A stretch of DNA of 64,000 nt from a virus. The translations under genes and the position numbers were made by a program. The notes beneath the pieces are model-generated. The model was not told the DNA's origin. It was given only the letters and a program-made list of their open reading frames with translations, and did not search any database. The stretch lies in IMG/VR virus record IMGVR_UViG_3300042869_000676, positions 1-64,000 of that record; one strand, given 5' to 3'. This document shows, one piece after another, positions 24,082-32,795 of the stretch; position 1 is the first letter of the stretch; the number at the start of each line of letters is the position of its first letter.

Positions 24082-24314
24082 ACGAATTCAACCATTTCTT
24101 TGTCGCCATCTACGATATACTTTAAAAATGTTTTATATTCTTCGCTAACGGTAGATTCAATACCGATTACATAAGCAGTCATTAAAATATCGGACAAGAG
24201 CTTCTCTTGCGTTTCCGTAGAGTAAGCTTTTAGCGCGTTAATGTGGCCTTCAAACTTTTTTGGAAGCTTTAACTTTGCTGGTTTTTTGTTTTTTAGATTT
24301 TTCTTTGGTTTCAT
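24078..24314 (-). CDS. hypothetical protein
   Basis: ATGA coupling. Confidence 0.6.
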   Translation of the reverse strand: MKPKKNLKNKKPAKLKLPKKFEGHINALKAYSTETQEKLLSDILMTAYVIGIESTVSEEYKTFLKYIVDGDKEMVEFV

Positions 24315-24537
24315 TAGTTTCTACTCCATAATAATCACAAACTATGCGAAGAGCACCCGCGAGAGTGAGGTTGTATTCCAAATCCTCTGTTTCCCAACTT
24401 TCTAATTTCTTTTTAGACTGCAAAATTTTAACATTTTGCATTGTATTCTCATAATGCCATTTGAGGCTAGTTGATGTGAGACTATCGGCCAAATCTGCGC
24501 TAAAGAGAGGAATCTCTGAGAGAGTTTTTGAGTTCAT
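24250..24537 (-). CDS. hypothetical protein
   Basis: Likely start MNSKTLSE. Confidence 0.5.
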   Translation of the reverse strand: MNSKTLSEIPLFSADLADSLTSTSLKWHYENTMQNVKILQSKKKLESWETEDLEYNLTLAGALRIVCDYYGVETNETKEKSKKQKTSKVKASKKV

Positions 24538-24718
24538 AATTTTTAGAGTGGTCGGTTTTAAACCAAATGTCAAGACTTTGTGATAAGAAATCGTAAAATT
24601 CATCATCTTCTCGCACAGAATTAAAACGAATGTCTCGATTTGCGAGTTCTTGATACACCGCAGCAGTCATTGCAACGATGTCTCCTTTGTAGATTTCTTT
24701 GTTAGTTGTTAAGGTCAT
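24500..24718 (-). CDS. hypothetical protein
   Basis: ATGA coupling. Confidence 0.55.
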   Translation of the reverse strand: MTLTTNKEIYKGDIVAMTAAVYQELANRDIRFNSVREDDEFYDFLSQSLDIWFKTDHSKNYELKNSLRDSSL

Positions 24719-25275
24719 GCGATTTTGTGAAAAAAGTTAGCGATTGCTGTAAAAAACTTATATTTGTAGCGAGAGAAATTGCGGTAAGTGAGAGTATAAA
24801 AAATATACTTATTGTACCAAAGATTATGGTTTTTAGCGATCTGCTCTTTCCATCTCTTCTCATTTTCTAGTCTCTCTTTGTTTGATTCTTTAGTGAATTT
24901 CGCCAAAACAATGCTATCGCAAACGCCGTGAGTGAAAGTAGCTTCGTAATCTACGGAGCAGTCCCAAAGATCAAGAACGTCTCGGTAATAAGTGTAGAAA
25001 ACGATCTTGCCGTGATGGTTAACTTGTTCAAGATACTCTCCGCTTCTTTCCATATGGCCGAAATCCCAAGGGCCAGATGGCTTTTCTGGCTCGACAAATT
25101 TATTCACTTCGTATTTTCGTACAAAGAGTTTTTTGCCTTGGATAATATAAGTTTCTAAGCAATTGATCAAATCTTTAGTTTGAAAATCGCCGTTATTAGA
25201 GTTTAGGCCAAGGCAAATCATTTCCTCTGAGTAAGGAAGAGTGTCGCTAACGATAATTGTGTCGAACATTCCCAT
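24715..25275 (-). CDS. conserved phage hypothetical protein
   Basis: MGMFDTI...FQTKDL...Y.ATF..G motif. Confidence 0.7.
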   Translation of the reverse strand: MGMFDTIIVSDTLPYSEEMICLGLNSNNGDFQTKDLINCLETYIIQGKKLFVRKYEVNKFVEPEKPSGPWDFGHMERSGEYLEQVNHHGKIVFYTYYRDVLDLWDCSVDYEATFTHGVCDSIVLAKFTKESNKERLENEKRWKEQIAKNHNLWYNKYIFYTLTYRNFSRYKYKFFTAIANFFHKIA

Positions 25276-25279
25276 AAAA

Positions 25280-25528
25280 TTATTTATTTGGTTTTAAAGT
25301 TTTGGAAACGAGGTATCCGTCTCCTGATGGAGTGAAATCAACACTATCTCCTTCATTAAGTCCAGCCTTTTTGAGCATTTTTTTTGGAATTACAATGAAG
25401 TAGCCGTCTTTGTCTTGAAGAACAGGCACTTGCACCTTATTTTTCTTTTTAAAAATATCATCAATTCTGTTTGCGAATTCGTCAGAAGAGATAGAAGATG
25501 GGCGACGTTTTGATCCTTTTCCGTTCAT
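25280..25528 (-). CDS. small protein with AbrB/SpoVT-like C-terminal domain
   Basis: IVIPKKMLKKAGLNEGDSVDF. Confidence 0.6.
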   Translation of the reverse strand: MNGKGSKRRPSSISSDEFANRIDDIFKKKNKVQVPVLQDKDGYFIVIPKKMLKKAGLNEGDSVDFTPSGDGYLVSKTLKPNK

Positions 25529-25580
25529 AAGTTATAGTAGTTCAAGAGGTGGTTTTTCCAGTTAAAGTGTAAAAAATAGC

Positions 25581-25946
25581 ATGGAAGATCAGATGAATTC
25601 TTTTATTTCTCAAAATTCGGTACTTTTGGTAGCGGGCGTTGCTTCGTTGCTGTTTAAAGAATTTATCATCAACATTGTCAAGAGCATTATCTTTAAAATG
25701 ACATCTGGATTAAAAGAAGATGACGTTTTAATGTTTTGGGACGGCACAAAAAGCCCAGCGAGAATTGTGAGAATCGGCTTAATGTCAACAACTTTGTTTA
25801 TCTACGACGTAAACGAAGAAGGAATCATTACTGGCGGCAGTCGTCTTGTTATGCAGAACGTGAAACTGGAAAATGTCAAGTTCTTGAAACGGCTAGCAAT
25901 GATTGACGACGCTGATCTTAAACAGTTCAAAAAAAGTGTAAAATAA
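25581..25946 (+). CDS. membrane protein (MscS beta-domain-like)
   Basis: TM then FKEFIINIV...ARIVRIGLMSTTL; late motif upstream. Confidence 0.45.
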   Translation: MEDQMNSFISQNSVLLVAGVASLLFKEFIINIVKSIIFKMTSGLKEDDVLMFWDGTKSPARIVRIGLMSTTLFIYDVNEEGIITGGSRLVMQNVKLENVKFLKRLAMIDDADLKQFKKSVK

Positions 25947-25950
25947 TCAG

Positions 25951-26739
25951 ATGCCTTACGTTACTTACGATAAAATCAGGGCGTATTTTACGAACGCTGA
26001 TAGCGCTACCGACAACATCTTGTACGCAACTAGTTTAAGCGCATCAAACACAACTAGTTTAAAAAGAGTTAGAAGAATTGGTCAGGAGATGGATTACTAC
26101 ATTCAAACTGGCCCAAAAAGTTCAAGTATTTCCGCAAATGTTCTTTTAGTTTCTGGAGAAATCAACAAAATCATCAATTTAACTGGAGATTCTGTTGGCG
26201 GATCAGCAATCAAAGTTCCAGATTACCAATTTAGTAAATGTTATTTAAAAAGTTTTTCCGCATCGTTTGAACCTTGGAAAGTTGCGTCTGCCGCTTTACA
26301 ATTCGACTCTTACGGATTAGCTAATGGCACAGGAGTTTACGCTTATACTGAACAGCAAGCTTCTTCTGAGGTTTTGCTCTCGCCTTTAAGAGCAACAACA
26401 ATTCAATTCTCTGCTCCAAGCTTTTCCACTACTCCAATCTCACAGTACGAGAATATTTCTTTCGATATTCAAGTTGATAGAGTTCCAAATTTTGTTATTG
26501 GCTCGGAATATCCCGAAAAAGTTAGCGTTTCTAAAGTTACAAAATCTTTGCAAGTAAACGGACTGTCCAATGCAGATTGGCTATCTGATTATCAACCAAA
26601 CACAACAGTAACCTGCACAATTACAATGTCGGACGCTACTGTTTTTTCGGTAGCTGGCGTTTTATCTAATCAAAGTCTCTCTGTTGATTCCAACGGAGTA
26701 GCTAAAGGAGGATTGCAGATTATTGAAGAGATGGTTTAA
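25951..26739 (+). CDS. virion structural protein (tail tube-like fold possible)
   Basis: Ser/Thr-rich beta protein, late motif upstream. Confidence 0.5.
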   Translation: MPYVTYDKIRAYFTNADSATDNILYATSLSASNTTSLKRVRRIGQEMDYYIQTGPKSSSISANVLLVSGEINKIINLTGDSVGGSAIKVPDYQFSKCYLKSFSASFEPWKVASAALQFDSYGLANGTGVYAYTEQQASSEVLLSPLRATTIQFSAPSFSTTPISQYENISFDIQVDRVPNFVIGSEYPEKVSVSKVTKSLQVNGLSNADWLSDYQPNTTVTCTITMSDATVFSVAGVLSNQSLSVDSNGVAKGGLQIIEEMV

Positions 26740-26745
26740 CACTTT

Positions 26746-27525
26746 ATGGCAAAAAAAGCCCCTAAGAACAAGAAAACTAAACCTGCGGGAATCACAATTC
26801 CGCAACTAAAACAAGAAATCAAATTTAAAGAAAGAAAATTTAAGTTTTCAGATAAGCAACAAGACTTATTAAAAATACTTTTAAACGAGCAGACCAAAAT
26901 CTCTTTCATCGCTGGACCAGCGGGAACATCAAAGACATTTATGGCTGTTTACGCAGCGTTAAACCTCATTAGCAACAATGACAAAGAAATCATTTACATT
27001 AGAACAATCGCAGAGAGCGGAGAGAAATCTCTAGGAGCACTGCCCGGAACAGTTGGCGACAAATTTGCGCCTTACTTGATTCCTCTTGAGGATAAAGTTC
27101 ACGAAATGATCGAAGCTACTGATGCTTACCGTCTTAAAGACGATGGTAGGCTTACCGCAATACCAGTTAACTTCCTAAGAGGCAGCACATTCACTGATAA
27201 AATCATTATTGCTGATGAAGTGCAAAACTTTACAGCTAAAGAGATTACAACTCTCTTAACTAGAATCGGAGAAGGTACAAAAATCTTTTTATGCGGAGAT
27301 TTTATGCAGTCCGACATTAAAGTTAAGAATGGTTTCCTTGATTTCTTTGAACTTTTCACTGGAGAAGACTGCATGGAAAAAGGAATCTATACTTTTGAGT
27401 TCTCTGAAGAAGATATTAAAAGAAGCGAAATCTTAAAATTTGTTGTAAAGAAGATTAACAATATTAATCTCCGTTATAGAATAAAAGATGAGCAGCGCAA
27501 CGTCAAAAACGTCTCAGTTGAATAG
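26746..27525 (+). CDS. phoH: PhoH-family ATPase
   Basis: GPAGTSKT, LGALPG, FLRGSTF, ADEVQN, LLTRIG, CGDFMQSD. Confidence 0.92.
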   Translation: MAKKAPKNKKTKPAGITIPQLKQEIKFKERKFKFSDKQQDLLKILLNEQTKISFIAGPAGTSKTFMAVYAALNLISNNDKEIIYIRTIAESGEKSLGALPGTVGDKFAPYLIPLEDKVHEMIEATDAYRLKDDGRLTAIPVNFLRGSTFTDKIIIADEVQNFTAKEITTLLTRIGEGTKIFLCGDFMQSDIKVKNGFLDFFELFTGEDCMEKGIYTFEFSEEDIKRSEILKFVVKKINNINLRYRIKDEQRNVKNVSVE

Positions 27526-27829
27526 TTGGGCAAATATTATTAAGGTATTTGGCGGAATTTTGATCGCCTGTACGTTGTACTACCTAAATACAACGTATGT
27601 AAAGAAGGATGATTTTAATCCTGTTGCTTTAGAGATGAAAGTTCAGGCAGAGCAAATGTCTTACGTTAATACAGAGGTAAAAAATATTTCTCGACGCCTT
27701 TCAAAGATAGTAGATGACGAAGGAAAGCCAGTTAATACAGACAAAATGGTTGAAATACAGAAAGATATTACTAAGATATTAGTAAAGCTGGAAAACCTTA
27801 ACGATAAGGTTGACCGCATATCTAAATAA
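27488..27829 (+). CDS. single-TM coiled-coil protein (holin/chaperone-like)
   Basis: N-terminal TM, C-terminal coiled coil. Confidence 0.45.
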   Translation: MSSATSKTSQLNSWANIIKVFGGILIACTLYYLNTTYVKKDDFNPVALEMKVQAEQMSYVNTEVKNISRRLSKIVDDEGKPVNTDKMVEIQKDITKILVKLENLNDKVDRISK

Positions 27830-27833
27830 TAAT

Positions 27834-28211
27834 ATGGCTATCACTTTCTGTTCATCGTGCGGCGCAAAACATGAGTATGTTGGATTTGCGCCAAACTTTT
27901 GCTCAAAATGCGGTTCTTCTTTTGGCTCGAAAGCTGTTCAACAGTCAACGGCAAAAGTTCAGCAGAAACCAACTGCTATTCGCAGTTCACAAGTAGAAGA
28001 CGATGACGAAGATTCTTCCGATATTGAGGAGCTTCCACACATAGAGTCGTTAGACGTTGAAATCGCAATGGAAGGAGGCTTTAAAGCCTTCAGCCTTGAA
28101 GATCTACAACGGAATCCCATGCAAGCGCAAGCTAAGAAATTCAAAGCAAAGCGCTCTGATGGTATTGATGGCCTATCTCCCGAAAAATATGGAAGCTCAA
28201 AAGCTCGGTAA
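27834..28211 (+). CDS. zinc-ribbon protein
   Basis: FCSSCG...NFCSKCG. Confidence 0.65.
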   Translation: MAITFCSSCGAKHEYVGFAPNFCSKCGSSFGSKAVQQSTAKVQQKPTAIRSSQVEDDDEDSSDIEELPHIESLDVEIAMEGGFKAFSLEDLQRNPMQAQAKKFKAKRSDGIDGLSPEKYGSSKAR

Positions 28212-28896
28212 GATAACCTACGAAGATAAAAAAGACATTATAGACAAAATCATTGAGAAGCACAGATATATCTGGCAGCTCAAAGCTATTTGTTGGATGG
28301 ATTACGAAGATGTCGCACAGATTGTGCGATTCCATATCTCAAAGAAGTGGCATATGTGGAAGCAAGATCGCGCACTTGAACCTTGGATAGCTAGAATCAC
28401 TTCTAATCAGATCAAGAACTTGCTTCGCAACAACTACTCTAACTATACTCGCCCATGTTTAGGTTGCAAGTATAATCAAGGCAACGAACCACCAGCGTGC
28501 TCGATCACACCAAGCGGAAGACAGTGTTCTGAATGTCCTTTATACAGGAAATGGGAGAAAACAAAAAAGAGTGCATACGATGTTAAGCTTTGTGTATCTA
28601 TCGAAGGCCACACAGATGCTGTTCACTCAATGCGAGATCAGAATTTTGACATTTTATCTAGCGCAGCTCGCCTTCATGAAGAAATGCGCTTATACCTTGC
28701 TCCTAAGCAATACAGGGTCTATACAAGGCTTTTCGTTGACGGTGTGGACGAGGAGAAGGTAGCGGCGGAAATGGGCTACAAGACGAACGAAAAGGGTAAA
28801 AAGGCTGGATATAAACAAATCAAAAATCTTAAGAAGCTATTTAGACAAGTAGCTCTAAAAATTTTACAATCGGAGGATATTTTAAGTGGAAGCTAA
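28189..28896 (+). CDS. phage sigma70-family RNA polymerase sigma factor with Cys-rich insert
   Basis: Region 2-like MDYEDVAQ...LEPWIARITSNQIKNLLR; region 4-like LAPKQYRVY...EEKVAAEMGY; insert CLGC..C..CSEC. Confidence 0.7.
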   Translation: MEAQKLGKITYEDKKDIIDKIIEKHRYIWQLKAICWMDYEDVAQIVRFHISKKWHMWKQDRALEPWIARITSNQIKNLLRNNYSNYTRPCLGCKYNQGNEPPACSITPSGRQCSECPLYRKWEKTKKSAYDVKLCVSIEGHTDAVHSMRDQNFDILSSAARLHEEMRLYLAPKQYRVYTRLFVDGVDEEKVAAEMGYKTNEKGKKAGYKQIKNLKKLFRQVALKILQSEDILSGS

Positions 28897-29962
28897 ACAA
28901 GAAACAACAGACATCTCTTTCACAAACGAAGAGGCAACACAAATTAGAGACTTAGCCAAACAATTTCCTGATTTAAATACTATCACGCGCAAATTCTTTG
29001 CTAATGAGAAGCTTGATGGGCGGTCTAAGCAGGGAATTGCTATTAGATCGTTCTTAGCAAGCAACAAAATCAATTATAAAACATCTAAGTATGAAAGAGC
29101 AGCGGACATTGAGTTCTCAGAGTCTCAAAAAGAGTTTATTATTGATCAAACAGCTATTGGATTGTCTGCTGTAAGAATTGCCGAACTCATTTTTCCTGAT
29201 CGCAGAATTGTTAACCTTGGAGTTGAGCAAAGAGCTGTGGCAAACTTCATTAGAACGGTAAACGCAGAAGGTCAACCTGAATCCGAAAGCGCTATTGGCG
29301 TAAAGTATTTAGTTCCGCGTTCTGTTGAGCGCGTAGTTAACAAAATCAATCAAGCTACTGGCGAAAAGATCAATAAAGAAAAATTAAACCGCCAACATAA
29401 ATTCTGTATTGAGAAGCTTACTATCAATTTAGCCAACTCGCGGTTTCAAAAGATCATTAACTGCTATACATCACAAGAAGATCGTAATATTTTCGAGGAA
29501 GAGTTCATTAGAATGACTTGGGACAAGCCTGACCTTACTGCTGATGAAGTTAATTTGTACATGAACGTGTGCAAAGAAATTATCAACTTGGAAACAACTT
29601 CAAGACACTTGGATAAGCTGAATAAAATGTTTGAAGATACTCAAGAGCAGAACGAAATGAGTATTCGTCTTGCCGAAATCATCAAAGCGAAGAGCGGCGA
29701 GTATCATCAATGCGAAGGCCGCGTAGAAAGCTTGATTAAAAAGCTTCAAGGTGATAGATCAGGGCGCATCAACGCTAGACAAAAGGAGAATGCTTCTATC
29801 TTAGCTATTGTTCAGCTGTTTCAAGACGAAGAAGAGCGCGCTAACATGATCAAGATCGCTGAAATGCAAAAGACTCTTGTTAGAGAGGAAGCTGGCAAGC
29901 TTGAAAGTATGGTTGAGTGGAAAGCTCGTATCTTGGGCATATCATTAGATGATGCCGTTTAA
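28886..29962 (+). CDS. hypothetical helical protein (terminase small subunit candidate)
   Basis: HTH-like N-terminus, coiled-coil C-terminus, position before terminase. Confidence 0.4.
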   Translation: MEAKQETTDISFTNEEATQIRDLAKQFPDLNTITRKFFANEKLDGRSKQGIAIRSFLASNKINYKTSKYERAADIEFSESQKEFIIDQTAIGLSAVRIAELIFPDRRIVNLGVEQRAVANFIRTVNAEGQPESESAIGVKYLVPRSVERVVNKINQATGEKINKEKLNRQHKFCIEKLTINLANSRFQKIINCYTSQEDRNIFEEEFIRMTWDKPDLTADEVNLYMNVCKEIINLETTSRHLDKLNKMFEDTQEQNEMSIRLAEIIKAKSGEYHQCEGRVESLIKKLQGDRSGRINARQKENASILAIVQLFQDEEERANMIKIAEMQKTLVREEAGKLESMVEWKARILGISLDDAV

Positions 29963-30923
29963 GTGCAAAGAATGTAATCAAGATTTTCCAAGCGAAAGAA
30001 GTCTTCATACTCATTTGAAGAAGCATAAGATGTCGCTTGCAGACTACTACTGCGCCCATTACCCGAAGAAAAACCTCTTAACTGGTACAAAGCTAAGCTT
30101 CAAGGATAAAGAGTCTTATTTTGAAAAGGATTTCGAGAACAGAGAGCAGTTATTAAAGTGGTGCAACTTTGAAAAAGCAGAAGTTGTTAAACCGTATATC
30201 AAACAACTGCTTGAAAGGCGAGTAGCTAACAAAGAATTAGTTGTTGCGCCTAGTCATATCGAAATTGAGACAAGCGAACTGCCAAGTATCGACTGTTTCA
30301 AGAAGCATTACGGTTCTTACTCGGCGGCTTGTTCTGAGATTGGCATAAAGCCAATGTTCACAAAGAATATCCACAAAGATTTTTACTCTGACTACTCTAA
30401 CGTTAATATATTCATTGATACAAGAGAGCAGCAGCCATTGCAGTTTCAGAATCAGAGAGAAGTTAAGCTAGATTTTGGAGACTATACTGCTGGTGGGCAA
30501 AATTATTCTAAAACATTTGTTGATAGAAAATCAGAAGGTGATTTTAAGAGCACTTTAGTTGGAGAAAACTTTGACAGATTTAAAAGAGAGATCGAGAGAT
30601 GCAAATCTATGGATTGTTTCTTGTTTATTGTAGTGGAATCTAGTTTTGATCAGATCAAGAACAATAACGACTTCACCTCACATAAATCCAACTTAAAATT
30701 CGTATATCACAATATGCGTTTGTTGCAACAAGAGTTCCACAAGAACTGTCAATTCGTTTTTTCTGGTAGCAGAAAAAATAGCGTAGCGTTAATACCTAAA
30801 CTTCTCGTTTGCGGCCCAAAACTTTGGGAAACAGACATTCAATACTTCATAGAAAAGGATCAATCATGGCTTGGATCGTTGGCGACCAAAAAAGAAAAAG
30901 CATTTACAATAGCAATAAAGTAA
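29949..30923 (+). CDS. C2H2 zinc finger plus ERCC4-type nuclease
   Basis: CKEC...H...H; IFIDTREQ, GDY, VDRKS..DF. Confidence 0.8.
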   Translation: MMPFKCKECNQDFPSERSLHTHLKKHKMSLADYYCAHYPKKNLLTGTKLSFKDKESYFEKDFENREQLLKWCNFEKAEVVKPYIKQLLERRVANKELVVAPSHIEIETSELPSIDCFKKHYGSYSAACSEIGIKPMFTKNIHKDFYSDYSNVNIFIDTREQQPLQFQNQREVKLDFGDYTAGGQNYSKTFVDRKSEGDFKSTLVGENFDRFKREIERCKSMDCFLFIVVESSFDQIKNNNDFTSHKSNLKFVYHNMRLLQQEFHKNCQFVFSGSRKNSVALIPKLLVCGPKLWETDIQYFIEKDQSWLGSLATKKEKAFTIAIK

Positions 30924-32737
30924 ACGAAGAGATTTTAAAGAAAGAAGGTTATCTAGAAGAGCGCGAAGCTAAGATTCTTCTATATAAATTTCTGCGCAGC
31001 AACATTTCGTTCGCTTCTGAGATTATTTGTGGTGTAAAACCGTTTCCGTTTCAGCATCTCGCAATTAAAACGATGTTTGAAACAGATTACTCCATGATGG
31101 TATGGAGTCGCGGTCTCTCCAAGAGCTTCACCTGTGCTGTTTTCGCTGCATTAGACGCGATTTTGAATCAAGGTGTTCACATTGGCATTGTAAGTAAAAC
31201 ATTTCGTCAAGCAAAGATGATTTTCCGCAAGATTGAGGAAATCGCGGACAAGCCAAATGCTATTTTCTTAAAGCAAGCTATCACAAAGGTATCTAAGAGT
31301 TCGGACGAATGGACAATGGAGTTTGGCCGCAGCAAAATTACCTGCTTACCACTTGGTGACGGTGAAAAGCTTCGTGGTTTTCGCTTTCACCGTATGATGA
31401 TTGACGAGTTCTTGTTGATGCCCGAAAGAATCTTTAACGAAGTTATTATTCCGTTCCTTTCTGTTGTGCAAAATCCAACAGAGAGAAAAGAAGTATATGA
31501 TTTGGAGACTCAGTTGATCGCTAGAGGAGATATGACTGAAGAAGAGCGTTTTAGATGGCCGAATAATAAAATTATTGTACTGTCTTCTGCGTCTTATCAG
31601 TTTGAGTATATGTATAAGTTGTATAAGCAATATGAATCGCTTATCAAGTTTCCGGAAAAGGATGGAAAAGGTAATTCGACTAGAGCTATCTTGCATTTCG
31701 CTTATGATGTAGCTCCTCATGGTCTTTACGATGAAAGTTTGCTGACTCAAGCCAAGTCAACTATGTCTGAATCACAGTTCCAAAGAGAATTCGGTTCTAG
31801 ATTCATGGACGATTCTTCTGGTTACTTTAAACTAAGCAAGATGCACGAATGCACAATCAAGCCGCTTGAAGGACAGGCTATTGAAGTGGCTGGTCAGAAA
31901 GGTTCTGATTATATTTTAAGCTTCGATCCTTCGTGGGCAGAGAATGAATCGTCTGACGACTTTGCCATGAACCTTATTAAGCTCGATGTTCCTAATCGCA
32001 AAGGAATTCTCGTTCATAATTACGCTGTATCAGGAACTAATCTTAAAAAGCACATCGACTATTTAGCTTACTTGATGAATAACTTCAACATCGTTGGAAT
32101 GTGCGGAGACTATAACGGCGGCGTGCAGTTTATTAATGCCGCAAACGAAAGCGAAGTATTTAAAAACGCTAAAATCGAAATTAAAATGTTTGAAGCTGAT
32201 TTTGATTCGCCTGAAAAGTATCAAGACGAAATTCGTAGAGCAAGAAGAGCGTATAATTTAAAAGACACTCGCATTTGTTACCTTAGAGTTCCAACAAGCT
32301 CTTGGATTCGCTACGCTAACGAGTTATTGCAATCTAACTTCGATCATAGAAAGATGTTGTTCGCCGCAGAAGCTGTTGATAACGATTTCACAGCTCAAAA
32401 GAACAAGACCATTCCAATTAAAACGATTAAATTCTTCCGTGATCAAGAAGATAATCAAACGAACGATGCAAAGATGGTCGATTTCGTTGATCATCAATCT
32501 GATTTGATCGAATTGGTTAAAGCGCAATGTTCCTTAATCATTCCAACAACAACAGCTAATGGACATCAGAGTTTTGACTTGCCGCCAGAACTAAAAAGAC
32601 AAAGTGGAGCAGAAAAAACCCGTAAAGACTCATACTCTTGCTTAGTATTAGGCAACTGGATGATGAAAATCTATTTTGATATGATGGATTGTCCAGAACA
32701 ACAGCCGCAAACTTTTACTCCGTTCTTCGTGAGGTAA
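30866..32737 (+). CDS. terL: terminase large subunit
   Basis: PFPFQ, SRGLSKS, KLRGFRF...IDEF, LSSAS, FQREF, SFDP, KDSYSCL. Confidence 0.9.
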   Translation: MAWIVGDQKRKSIYNSNKVNEEILKKEGYLEEREAKILLYKFLRSNISFASEIICGVKPFPFQHLAIKTMFETDYSMMVWSRGLSKSFTCAVFAALDAILNQGVHIGIVSKTFRQAKMIFRKIEEIADKPNAIFLKQAITKVSKSSDEWTMEFGRSKITCLPLGDGEKLRGFRFHRMMIDEFLLMPERIFNEVIIPFLSVVQNPTERKEVYDLETQLIARGDMTEEERFRWPNNKIIVLSSASYQFEYMYKLYKQYESLIKFPEKDGKGNSTRAILHFAYDVAPHGLYDESLLTQAKSTMSESQFQREFGSRFMDDSSGYFKLSKMHECTIKPLEGQAIEVAGQKGSDYILSFDPSWAENESSDDFAMNLIKLDVPNRKGILVHNYAVSGTNLKKHIDYLAYLMNNFNIVGMCGDYNGGVQFINAANESEVFKNAKIEIKMFEADFDSPEKYQDEIRRARRAYNLKDTRICYLRVPTSSWIRYANELLQSNFDHRKMLFAAEAVDNDFTAQKNKTIPIKTIKFFRDQEDNQTNDAKMVDFVDHQSDLIELVKAQCSLIIPTTTANGHQSFDLPPELKRQSGAEKTRKDSYSCLVLGNWMMKIYFDMMDCPEQQPQTFTPFFVR

Positions 32738-32795
32738 AACGAAAGTCATAAAAGTACTTTTGATACTTTTAGTGTAACTTTTAATATATAATCAT

